This document shows, one piece after another, positions 9,432 through 17,641 of a stretch of 64,000 nucleotides of DNA (positions within the stretch are counted from its first letter, which is position 1; each line of letters opens with the position of its first letter). A model generated the notes under the pieces. It searched no databases. It saw nothing but the letters and a program-made list of their open reading frames with translations, and was not told where the DNA came from. Source of the DNA: an uncultured Actinomycetes bacterium (GTDB lineage: Bacteria; Actinomycetota; Actinomycetes; Streptosporangiales; Streptosporangiaceae); NCBI GenBank assembly GCA_963702235.1, contig CAVPBZ010000018.1, positions 1,198,466-1,262,465 of the forward strand, read 5' to 3'. Position numbers and translations under genes: made by a program.

Positions 9432-10403
9432 CTACCGTGCTTCGATCTCGTTCATGTCTTCGGCGGTGAGCTCGAGGCTGGCCCCGGCGACGACCGGGTC
9501 CACCTGGCCCGGGCGGCGGAATCCGGTGATCGCGCCGTCCACCGCGGGATTCCGCAGCGTCCAGGCGACGGCGACCGCGCCTGGCGTGACGTCGTGGCGG
9601 CCGGCGACTACGCGGAGGCGGGCGGCCAGCGCGAGGTTCCTGGTGAGCTGTGGCTCGTTGAAGCGCGGGTCGCGGGCGCGCCAGTCGTCGGCGGGCATCT
9701 GCTCGATCCGCTCGCGGGTCATCGCCCCGGTCAGCAGGCCGGAGCCCATCGGGGAGTAGACGATGACGCCGATCCCCTCGCGCTCGGTGAACGGGAGGAT
9801 CTCGTCCTCCACGTCGCGGTCGATCAGGGAGTACAGCGGCTGCAGGGTCTCGACCGGCGCGATCGACTGGATGCGGCGCATCTGGGCGACGTCAAAGTTG
9901 GAGACGCCGATGTGCCGGACGAGCCCCTGCTCCTTGAGTTCGGCCAGGGCTGACCAGCCCTCCTCGATGTCTTCCTCGGGGTCAGGCCAGTGGATCTGGT
10001 ACAGGTCGATCGCGTCGATGCCGAGCCGCTTCAGGCTCGCCTCGGCCTCGCGCAGGATCGAGTCGCGCTTGAGGCTGTGCCGGACGCGGCGGGTGCCGTC
10101 GTCCAGCAGTGAGGCCTTGGTGAACACGTACGGGCGGTCATCGAGGCCCTCGAGCGCCCGGCCGACCACCTGCTCCGACTGGCCGAAGCCGTACGCGGCG
10201 GCGGTGTCGATCCAGTTGACCCCGAGCTCCAGCGCCCGGTGGATCGCCGCGACCGACTCGTCGTCCTGCTGCGGTCCCCAGCCGAACTCCCAGCCGCCTC
10301 CGCCGATTGCCCACGCGCCGAACCCCACCCGGGTGATTTCCATGCCGGTGGCCCCGAGCTGGCTGGTCTTGAGCTGCGTGGTCTTGAGCTGCGTCTTGTG
10401 CAT
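9432..10403 (-). CDS. aldo/keto reductase
   Basis: GFGAWAIGG ... IDTAAAYG ... IGVSNF motifs. ATG 10403 follows GGAGGAG. The N-terminus carries a 15-nt tandem duplication (TQLKT TQLKT). Confidence 0.85.
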   Translation of the reverse strand: MHKTQLKTTQLKTSQLGATGMEITRVGFGAWAIGGGGWEFGWGPQQDDESVAAIHRALELGVNWIDTAAAYGFGQSEQVVGRALEGLDDRPYVFTKASLLDDGTRRVRHSLKRDSILREAEASLKRLGIDAIDLYQIHWPDPEEDIEEGWSALAELKEQGLVRHIGVSNFDVAQMRRIQSIAPVETLQPLYSLIDRDVEDEILPFTEREGIGVIVYSPMGSGLLTGAMTRERIEQMPADDWRARDPRFNEPQLTRNLALAARLRVVAGRHDVTPGAVAVAWTLRNPAVDGAITGFRRPGQVDPVVAGASLELTAEDMNEIEAR

Positions 10404-10463
10404 GACTCCTCCGTTGACTCCCGGACGCCAGGCCCGAGCAAGCACTGCCGCGCCCTGTCCTAT

Positions 10464-10483
10464 GAAACTAGACTGTCAGTTTC
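10464..10483. promoter_or_regulatory. AT-rich palindromic operator candidate (GAAACT-N8-AGTTTC), probably for the TetR
   Basis: gaaactagactgtcagtttc lies 60 nt upstream of the AKR start and next to tataat. A near-copy occurs at 25428-25448. Confidence 0.45.
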
Positions 10484-10583
10484 TATAATACGAGCGCCGG
10501 GGGTGCGTATTCCCGGGGGCCGTCCAGTGCGCCCGACCGGGGCGTGACCGCGTTGGGCTGCGACTCCCCGCCAGCCAGCCGGG

Positions 10584-10625
10584 ATGATGGAGCGTTTGAT
10601 AGGTGATCACCTACCATTTGCTCCA
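10584..10625. repeat. 42-nt imperfect palindrome
   Basis: gatggagc gtttga taggtga|tcaccta ccattt gctccatc: outer 8-bp and inner 7-bp arms pair perfectly, separated by a 6x6 internal loop. Confidence 0.6.
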
Positions 10626-10658
10626 TCGTCCCGGCTCTACTCGCCCGTCTCGCAGTGG

Positions 10659-10766
10659 CCGGCCGGCGGGCCGTCAGACGACGGCGATGGCGTCAATCTC
10701 GACGAGGAATCGGGGGTTCGCGAGCCCCGAGACGACGTGAACGCTGATGGCAGGCGGGTCGGCGGC
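10659..10766. repeat. 108-bp direct repeat, copy A (matches 14036-14143)
   Basis: Hand alignment shows 106/108 identical bases. Confidence 0.85.
10674..10766 (-). pseudogene. RidA-family gene 3' fragment (last ~30 codons only)
   Basis: Encodes ...DPPAISVHVVSGLANPRFLVEIDAIAVV*. This is almost identical to the C-terminus of the intact RidA at 14051-14440, and no upstream part is present. Confidence 0.75.
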
Positions 10767-11457
10767 GGCTATGTGATAGTTGAGGGCATGGGCCCGGACG
10801 GCAAGTGGGAACGACCCACGCCACCAGCCCGGCAGTTCCGGGCCGATGCCGAGCCGGCTGGTGACATCCCCAACCATGCACGTGTTGACCTCATCTTCCA
10901 GCGTTCCCGCCTCCTTAGCGGGACAGTCGGCGGGCAGTCCGTCCGCCTGGACCTGAACGTCCCCACCCACAACGGCACGACTGCCGGCATGATCGCCGGA
11001 ATACCCGCCTCGGCCACCTGGGAGAACGGGGACAACTACCGCATCTACCCGGACGTGACCGCTGACCTCACAGGGTCGTTCGGGGAGCAGTCAGTGGAAC
11101 TCCACGCCACATTCCATCTCGAACCCGGCTACTTCTTCGACCGTGGCACGACCACCGGCCACATCGGGGCCGACGCTCTCGACGCCACGATCGAGAGAGT
11201 GTCCGGCGGGCTCGGCAGCACCTAGACGGTCGCCGTTGACGGGACGCTGGGCAGCATCAACTACACGATCTACGCCGCCATCGACGGACCTCTCACATCC
11301 GCGAAGATCCGCGGAACCGGTAGCGGGCATCCCGGTCCGCATCGACGCGGTACGGACCCGCAAGCCACACGGCGAACAGACCCGCCTCACCGGCAGCTAC
11401 CAAGGACCCCCCGCGCTGCTCGCACTTACCGCAGGAGCGCTCCTGCACTTCATCTGA
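10767..11457 (+). pseudogene. decayed gene of unknown function (in-frame stop plus frameshift)
   Basis: High-GC3 coding-like frame (GTVGGQSVRLDLNVPTHNGTTAGMIAG...HLEPGYFFDRGTTTGHIGADALDATIE). It is interrupted by TAG at 11223 and resumes in another frame (...VAGIPVRIDAVRTRKPHGEQTRLTGSYQGPPALLALTAGALLHFI*). Confidence 0.4.
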
Positions 11458-11752
11458 CCGCCCCACCTAACGCCTGACACCATCCGCCAGGCCGACCCAC
11501 CTCCCCGCACGGTGGCTTCTGACGTCGGCTCACTGGCAGCGGCCACTTAGCCACCCCGGTCCTCATCCCGCCGTACCAAGCCATCACCCGCCCCTCACTC
11601 CCGCATCACCAGCCCACCATCGGCGGCGATGGCCAGGTGAGGGTCCGTTTCCGCTCCGCGTGCCGTCTGAGCAGGTGACCCTCCGCTACCCCCGCGACCG
11701 CTGATGGCAGGCGGTTGTCTCCGGCGCTGAGGCCGCGGAGCTGGGGTGATGG

Positions 11753-13753
11753 TCAGGCGGGAAACCCGGTTACCGACTCGTCCCCCGGATTGGTCACCCA
11801 CACGTCGGTACCGTCGGAGGACACCGCGGCCGGCAGGTTGAACCCGTAGCGGGAGGTGTTGATCGCCTGCACCAGGGCCCCGGTGGCGGCGTCCAGCTCG
11901 GTGACCGAGGCACCCTGCGCGTTGACCACCCACACGTGGGTGCCGTCGGAGGAGATCCCGCTAGGCGAGTGGAACTTGCCGGCGGACGCCGAGATCACCT
12001 GGACCAGGGCGCCGGTCGCGGCGTCCAGCTCGGTGACCGAGTTGCCGAAGTCGTTGGCCACCCAGACATGGGTGCCGTCGGAGGAGACGGCTCCTGGAGA
12101 GTTGAACCCGTAGCTGGAGCCGGAGATCACCTGGACCAGGGCGCCGGTGGCGGCGTCCAGCTCGGTCACCGAGTTGATGTCGTTGGTCACCCAGACGTGA
12201 GTGCCGTCGGAGGAGACGGCAACAGGAAAGTTAAACCCGTAGCTGGAGCCGGAGATCACCTGGACCAGGGCGCCGGTGGCGGCGTCCAGCTCGGTGACCG
12301 AGTTGCCAGCCGCGTTGGTCACCCACACGTGGGTGCCGTCGCAGGAGACGCCGACAGGCTTCTTGAACCCGTCGCTGGAGCTGTTGAGCAGCCGGACCAG
12401 GGCGCCGGTGGCCGCGTCCAGCTCGGTGACCGAGTTGCCACCTTCGTCGGTCACCCACACGTGGGTGCCGTCGGAGCAGATGCCGACAGGAGCGCTGAAC
12501 CCGTAGCTGGAGCCGGTGAGCACCTGGACCAGGGCGCCGGTCGCGGCGTTCATGTCGGTGACCGAGTGGCCGGAGCTATTGGCCACCCACACGTGGGTGC
12601 CGTCGGAGGAGACGGCTCCTGGACCGTTGAACCTGTAGCGGGAACCGGTCCTCACGTGGACGAGGGCGCCGGTCGCGGCGTCCAGCTCGGTGACCTGGGA
12701 GGCCGGTTTCCCGGATGACCCGGTGTCGCCCACCCACACGTGAGTGCCGTCGGAGGAGATGAGTCTTGGACCGTTGAGCCCGTCGCTGGCGGCGGAGATC
12801 ACCTGGACCAGGGCGCCGGTGGCGGCGTCCAGCTCGGTGACCGAGTTGCCCGAGGCATTGGCCACCCACACGTGGGTGCCGTCGGAGGAGATGGCCTGAG
12901 AACCGTTGAACCCGTAGCTGGAGCCGGAGATCACCTGGACCAGGGCGCCGGTGGCGGCGTCCAGCTCGGTCACCGAGCTGCCGTTGTCCACCCACACGTG
13001 GGTGCCGTCGCTGGAGACGAGGCCGGGCCCGCTGAACCCGTAGCTGGCGCCGGAGATCACCCGGACCAGGGCGCCGGTGGCGGCGTTCAGCTCGGTGACC
13101 GAGCCGGGGTTAAAGGCGTTGGTCACCCAGACGTGGGTGCCGTCGGAGGAGACGGCCTCAGGAAAGTTGAACCCGTCGCTGGAGGCGGAGATCACCTGGA
13201 CCAGGGCGCCGGTCGCGGCGTCCAGCTCGGTCACCGACTTGCCCTCCCAATTGGTCACCCACACGTGGGTGCCGTCGGAGGAGACGGCGAAAGGAAAGTT
13301 GAACCCGTAGCTGGCGCCGGAGATCAAGCGGACGAAGCCGCCGGTGGCCGCGTTCAGCTCGGTGACCGAGAAGCTGCTCCCACGGGTGCGAGAGTTGAGC
13401 ACCCACACGTGGGTGCCGTCGGAGGAGATGGCGGTAGGGGCCTTGATCCCGTAACCAGAGATCACCTGCACGACGGCGCCGGTCGCGGCGTCCGATTCGA
13501 TCACCGAGCCAACGCCCCCGCCGTTGGCCACCCACACGTGGGTGCCGTCGGAGGAGATGGCCTGAGAATCGTTGAACCCGCCGCCGAACACGCGCGGCCC
13601 GCTCAGCCCGGCCACGGCCGCGCCCGACGCGGCGGCCGCGCCCGACATCGCGCCGCCAGCTTGCAGCAGCATCGCGAGCAGCGCGCAGGCAGCCGCCCCG
13701 CCGAGGATCCGCCAGCACCGGTTCCGCCCGAAGGCAACTCTTCCTGCGCTCAC
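11753..13753 (-). CDS. secreted YVTN-type beta-propeller repeat protein (14 repeats)
   Basis: N-terminal hydrophobic signal (ILGGAAACALLAMLLQAGGA). The motif SSDGTHVWV[TA]N..GNSVTELDAATGALVQVISGSSYGFN.P.AV occurs 14 times. GTG 13753 sits 6 nt after GAGGAGG. Confidence 0.85.
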   Translation of the reverse strand: MSAGRVAFGRNRCWRILGGAAACALLAMLLQAGGAMSGAAAASGAAVAGLSGPRVFGGGFNDSQAISSDGTHVWVANGGGVGSVIESDAATGAVVQVISGYGIKAPTAISSDGTHVWVLNSRTRGSSFSVTELNAATGGFVRLISGASYGFNFPFAVSSDGTHVWVTNWEGKSVTELDAATGALVQVISASSDGFNFPEAVSSDGTHVWVTNAFNPGSVTELNAATGALVRVISGASYGFSGPGLVSSDGTHVWVDNGSSVTELDAATGALVQVISGSSYGFNGSQAISSDGTHVWVANASGNSVTELDAATGALVQVISAASDGLNGPRLISSDGTHVWVGDTGSSGKPASQVTELDAATGALVHVRTGSRYRFNGPGAVSSDGTHVWVANSSGHSVTDMNAATGALVQVLTGSSYGFSAPVGICSDGTHVWVTDEGGNSVTELDAATGALVRLLNSSSDGFKKPVGVSCDGTHVWVTNAAGNSVTELDAATGALVQVISGSSYGFNFPVAVSSDGTHVWVTNDINSVTELDAATGALVQVISGSSYGFNSPGAVSSDGTHVWVANDFGNSVTELDAATGALVQVISASAGKFHSPSGISSDGTHVWVVNAQGASVTELDAATGALVQAINTSRYGFNLPAAVSSDGTDVWVTNPGDESVTGFPA
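11790..13565. repeat. tandem coding repeats, period roughly 126-145 nt
   Basis: The core ccacacgtgggtgccgtcggaggaga recurs about 14 times at near-regular spacing inside the propeller gene. Confidence 0.85.
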
Positions 13754-14035
13754 CGTCACCCTCCTCGCCCATGCGGCCAGCAGCCGGATCGCCAGCCGCC
13801 GAACCCCGGCCCGTCACACGCCTTTCCCAACGGGCATAGCAGCAGGATGGACCGCCCTGAGTCTGATAGAGACTGTATTCTCCCAGATCTTGCTGTCTGG
13901 GAGGGTCTATTTCATTTACGGTAACTCGGCGGCGCCTTGACCAGCCAGTAGATGATCTTTCTGTTTCGTTCTCGCCCGTCTCACCGTCGATCGACTCGCG
14001 GATCAGGTCGGCGTGACCGTTGTGCCGGGCGTACT

Positions 14036-14143
14036 CCGGCCGGCGGGCCGTCAGACGACGGCGATGGCGTCAATCTCGACGAGGAATCGCGGGTTCGCGA
14101 GCCCCGAGACGATGTGAACGCTGATGGCAGGCGGGTCGGCGGC
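14036..14143. repeat. 108-bp direct repeat, copy B
   Basis: Matches 10659-10766. Covers the RidA 3' end plus 15 nt downstream of its stop. Confidence 0.85.
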
Positions 14144-14440
14144 ATCGCCCCACGTCTCCTGGAAGGCGGCGAACCCCTCCCTGAGGGGCTGGCCCTCGAC
14201 GATGGCCACGGTCCAGCGCACCACGTCCGTCAGCGTCGCGCCCGCGGCCGCGAGCGCTGCCTGCACGTTGAGCAGTGCCTGGCGGGACTGCCCGGCCAGC
14301 GTGTCGCCGACGATCGCGCCGTCGGGCCGCACTGCGTTCTGGCCGCCGACGTAGATGGTCTTCGCGGATCCTTCGACGACAACAGCCTGGCTGAAGGCGG
14401 GGTTGCGGGCCAGGGTCTCGGGGTTGAGGTAGGTCTTCAT
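14051..14440 (-). CDS. RidA/YjgF/L-PSP family reactive-intermediate deaminase
   Basis: MKTYLNPETLARNPAFSQAVVVEG..IYVGGQNA...ANPRFLVEIDAIAVV; 129 aa. The remainder of track ORF 14051..15109 is upstream read-through. Confidence 0.85.
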   Translation of the reverse strand: MKTYLNPETLARNPAFSQAVVVEGSAKTIYVGGQNAVRPDGAIVGDTLAGQSRQALLNVQAALAAAGATLTDVVRWTVAIVEGQPLREGFAAFQETWGDAADPPAISVHIVSGLANPRFLVEIDAIAVV

Positions 14441-14464
14441 GTAACCATCTAAGGTGGTTACATG
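14438..14464. promoter_or_regulatory. perfect 10-bp inverted repeat spanning both divergent start codons
   Basis: catgtaacca-tctaagg-tggttacatg. The CAT is the RidA start and the ATG is the CGNR start, leaving only 21 nt between the two CDSs. Confidence 0.5.
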
Positions 14465-15043
14465 GCACGGCTGCAAGGCCTCACCGCCGACGAGGCCCGA
14501 CGCTTCCGCACCGGGCGTCCCTGCCTCGACCTGGCGCATACCGGCGGTGACGGGCCGTACGCCGTGTTCGAATTGCTGCACGAGCCGGGTGACGTGTCCC
14601 GCTGGCTCAGCGTGATCACCGGCCTCGACGCCATCGAGGCCGGCGAGACGGACGTCCGGGACGCGCGCGCTCTGCGCCGTTCGGTATGGAACGCCGCCCA
14701 CGACGTGATCGGCGGCCATCCCCCGGCCGGCCCGGACATCACGGCGATCAACCGGGCGGCCGCACGCCCACCGCCGGTCCCGCTGCTCGAGGCGTCCGGC
14801 GGATCCTCGGTGGTCCGGCCGGTCACCGCGTCGCAGGCGCTGTCGGCGCTCGCCCGGGATGCGGTGGAGCTGTTCGCCAGCCCGCTGGCCAGCCGGATCC
14901 GGATCTGCGTCGCGGCGGACTGCGGCTTGCTGTACGTCGATCAGTCGCGTACCGGCAGCAGGCGATGGTGCTCGATGCAGCGCTGCGGGACGCGCGCCAA
15001 GGTCCGGGCGCACCGCGAGCGCAGCCGCGACGACATCCCCTGA
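14462..15043 (+). CDS. CGNR zinc-finger (ABATE + zf-CGNR) protein
   Basis: C-terminal ICVAADCGLLYVDQSRTGSRRWCSMQRCGTRAKVRAHRER, the CGNR-type Cys4 signature. Confidence 0.8.
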   Translation: MARLQGLTADEARRFRTGRPCLDLAHTGGDGPYAVFELLHEPGDVSRWLSVITGLDAIEAGETDVRDARALRRSVWNAAHDVIGGHPPAGPDITAINRAAARPPPVPLLEASGGSSVVRPVTASQALSALARDAVELFASPLASRIRICVAADCGLLYVDQSRTGSRRWCSMQRCGTRAKVRAHRERSRDDIP

Positions 15044-15263
15044 CTTCGGCCACTCCGGCATAGGCGGCCGAACTGCCTTCGCCGACCGAACCACGGGCCG
15101 GTGACCCAAGACCGCGGACGATCAGCGGGAATGTATCCCCGGGCCGCAAGCGGCGAGTCGCCAGGCTCACCGCTCAGCAGTACCCGTTTGATTCCAGGCC
15201 GACCGTCATCGCGTCAAGCAAGATCAGCAGAAGCAGCCAGCGGGTCACGTTGGGCCGGCGCGC

Positions 15264-17549
15264 CTATAGCGGAAGCTCGCAGGACACGGTGGTGCCGCCG
15301 CCGGCCGGGCTGTGCACGGCGAAGGTGCCGCCGAGCGCCTCGATGCGGTCCTTCAGCCCGGTCAGGCCTGAGCCCCCTTCCGCGTCGGCGCCGCCGGCAC
15401 CGTCGTCCCGCACGCACACCCGCAGCGTGCCGCCGGAGGCTTCCGCGGCCACCTCGACCACCGAGGCGCGCGCGTACCTGGTGGCGTTCGTCAGCGCCTC
15501 CGAGACCACGTAGTACGCCGCCACCTCCACCGGCTCCGGCAGCCGCGCCATCGCGGCAACGTCGAGCTCGACCGCGATCGCGGCGCGGCGGGCCAGCGTC
15601 CGCAGCGCAGGCCCCAGCCCCCCCTCGGACAAGATCGCCGGGTGGATCCCGCGGGCGATCTCGCGCAGGTCTTCGACGACCCCGTTGAGCTGGTCCGCTA
15701 CCGCGCCGAGCTCCGTCTCGAGCTCAGGCAGCTCGGCGGGCACCATGCCTTGCGCGAGACGAAGCTCGAGGCCGAGCGAGACCAGGCGCTGCTGGGTCCC
15801 GTCGTGCAGATCCCGCTCGATCCGCCGCCGGGTCTCATCAGCAGCGGCGACGATCCGCGCCCGCGAGGCGGCGAGCTCGGCCTTGCTCTCGGCGTTGCCG
15901 ACCGCCGTCGCGACCAGCTCGGTGAAGTCCGCCATCCGGTCGGCGGTGCCGGGCGGAAACGATCCTCGCGTCGATAGCGCGTTGACCACGCCCCACAGGC
16001 GTCCCTCGACGTTGATCGGGCTCGCCACCATCGACCGGATGCCCAGCTCGCGCAGTGCGCGGGCCCACCAGCCTGACCGGCCGGTCCAGGCGTCTTCGTC
16101 AACCTGGGCAGGGCGGCCGGTCCGCCATACCACCGCCGGGGCCAGGTAGTCGCGGAGTTTCAGGTGCGTCCCGGCCGGCAGGTCGACCGCGACGCCCCCG
16201 GCGCCCTCGCCGAGGGCGACCACCGAGGTCCCGTCCGGGTCGAATCGGGCGATGCCCGTGTTGTCGGCGTCGAGCAGCAGGCGGACTTCCTCGCTGACCG
16301 CCTGGAAGATCTCGGCCGGGTCGATCCCGCGGGCGACCAGCGTGGCCACCCGGCGCAGCGCGGCCTGCTCGGCCAGCAGCCGGGCCAGCTCGTCCCGGCT
16401 GGCCTCCAGCGCGGCCCGGTTCTGCGCGTTCGCGACCGCGGTGGCGACCAGGTCGGTGAACTCGGTCATCCGCTGCTCGGTGTCGCGGGGCAGCGGCCCG
16501 CCCTGGCCGGACCCGACGGCGATCATTCCCCACAGCCGGCCGTTCACGTGGATCGGCACGGCGAGCGCGGACCGGTGCCCCTCGCGGAGAGTAGCTTCCC
16601 CGCCCGGAATGGCGCCGTAGTCGTCGACGCGGGCGGCCCGCCCGGTCCGCCGGACGGTCGCGGTCAGCCCGGTGGGCGGGTACCCCTCCCAGCGTTCGCC
16701 GACCCGCACGTGCGGGCCGGTCGAGCCCTCGTTGGCCAGCAGCGTGGCCGCTCCGTCCGGCTCATACCGGATCATCCTGGCGGTGCCGCCGCCGAAATGC
16801 CGGCGTGCCTCCGTCGTCGCGGCGGCGAACACCGTCTCAGGTGGTGCGCCGCGCGCGACCAGCGTGGCCAGCCGTCGCAGCGCCTCGTGGGTGCTGGCGA
16901 GCTTGCGCAGCTGCTCCTCGGCCTCGGCGTTGGCGATCGCCGTGCCGACCAGCTCGGTGAAGTCCGCCATCCGCGACTCGGTGCCGGGGGGAAAGTCCGC
17001 CCGCACGGTCGCGGCCAGCGCCACCCCCCAGTAGCGCGCCCCCACGACGATCGGCGTGGCGACCGCGGCCCGCAGGCCCAGCTTGCGGGTCAGATTGCCG
17101 TAGGGGCCGCTGGCCATCGGCTCACCGCTGATGCGGGCCGGGCGGCCGGTCTTGAGCGCGGTCGCGGTGACCGTTCCCGGCGCCAGCGGGAAGCGGTGGC
17201 CGACCGGTACCATCGCGCTGCCGCTGCCGTACGAGCCCACGGCGATACAGGCCCCTTCGGGCTCCTCGTGCTCTGCGGCCCGCTCACCTGCGCGCCCTGG
17301 CCGGTGGCCGCTGGACAGCTCCACCCGGGCCACGAATGACGCCTCGGCGCCGATGAGGTGGCCAAGCTCATCGGCGACCGCGCTGAACACCTCGGCCGGG
17401 CTCGCACCCTTGGCTACCAGCGTGGCTACCCGGCGCAGGGCAGCCTGCTCATCGGCAAGCTGATGCATCCGTGCCCCGCCGGGCGGATCACGGCCCGTCC
17501 CCGTGTCGGCGGCCTGGCCCGCGCCGACGCCGGCGCCAGGGGCGTTCAT
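15264..17549 (-). CDS. sensor histidine kinase with three GAF domains, HisKA_3 and HATPase_c
   Basis: Three modules are each introduced by EQAALRRVATLVA[KR]G. HisKA_3 box RRRIERDLHDGTQQRLVSL; C-terminal ATPase (DDGAGGAD, GLTGLKDRIEALGG). An alternative start lies at the internal MHQLADEQ. Confidence 0.85.
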   Translation of the reverse strand: MNAPGAGVGAGQAADTGTGRDPPGGARMHQLADEQAALRRVATLVAKGASPAEVFSAVADELGHLIGAEASFVARVELSSGHRPGRAGERAAEHEEPEGACIAVGSYGSGSAMVPVGHRFPLAPGTVTATALKTGRPARISGEPMASGPYGNLTRKLGLRAAVATPIVVGARYWGVALAATVRADFPPGTESRMADFTELVGTAIANAEAEEQLRKLASTHEALRRLATLVARGAPPETVFAAATTEARRHFGGGTARMIRYEPDGAATLLANEGSTGPHVRVGERWEGYPPTGLTATVRRTGRAARVDDYGAIPGGEATLREGHRSALAVPIHVNGRLWGMIAVGSGQGGPLPRDTEQRMTEFTDLVATAVANAQNRAALEASRDELARLLAEQAALRRVATLVARGIDPAEIFQAVSEEVRLLLDADNTGIARFDPDGTSVVALGEGAGGVAVDLPAGTHLKLRDYLAPAVVWRTGRPAQVDEDAWTGRSGWWARALRELGIRSMVASPINVEGRLWGVVNALSTRGSFPPGTADRMADFTELVATAVGNAESKAELAASRARIVAAADETRRRIERDLHDGTQQRLVSLGLELRLAQGMVPAELPELETELGAVADQLNGVVEDLREIARGIHPAILSEGGLGPALRTLARRAAIAVELDVAAMARLPEPVEVAAYYVVSEALTNATRYARASVVEVAAEASGGTLRVCVRDDGAGGADAEGGSGLTGLKDRIEALGGTFAVHSPAGGGTTVSCELPL

Positions 17550-17641
17550 ACCGCCGACGGTAGCCCGGCGCCCGGCGGCCCGACAACGCAGGGCGCAGCG
17601 CGGCGCGGCCTCCGCTCATTCATGAACCGGGGGCCGGGCAC

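Noticed and set aside
11790-13565. Regularly spaced ~27-nt conserved cores that could superficially resemble a CRISPR array.
   Set aside because: The period is ~126-145 nt, the 'spacers' are also conserved, and the whole region is one open reading frame encoding propeller blades. No cas genes are present.
13880-13903. 8-bp hairpin (ctcccaga-N8-tctgggag) with a T-rich tail on the plus strand, upstream of the propeller gene.
   Set aside because: No plus-strand gene ends nearby, and on the minus strand it lacks a U-tail. A terminator or attenuator role cannot be supported.
13952-14050. Plus-strand reading ...LTVDRLADQVGVTVVPGVL... just outside repeat copy B, which resembles a MerR/XRE-type HTH.
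   Set aside because: Only ~15 residues match and it runs straight into the convergent RidA 3' end. The resemblance is probably coincidental.
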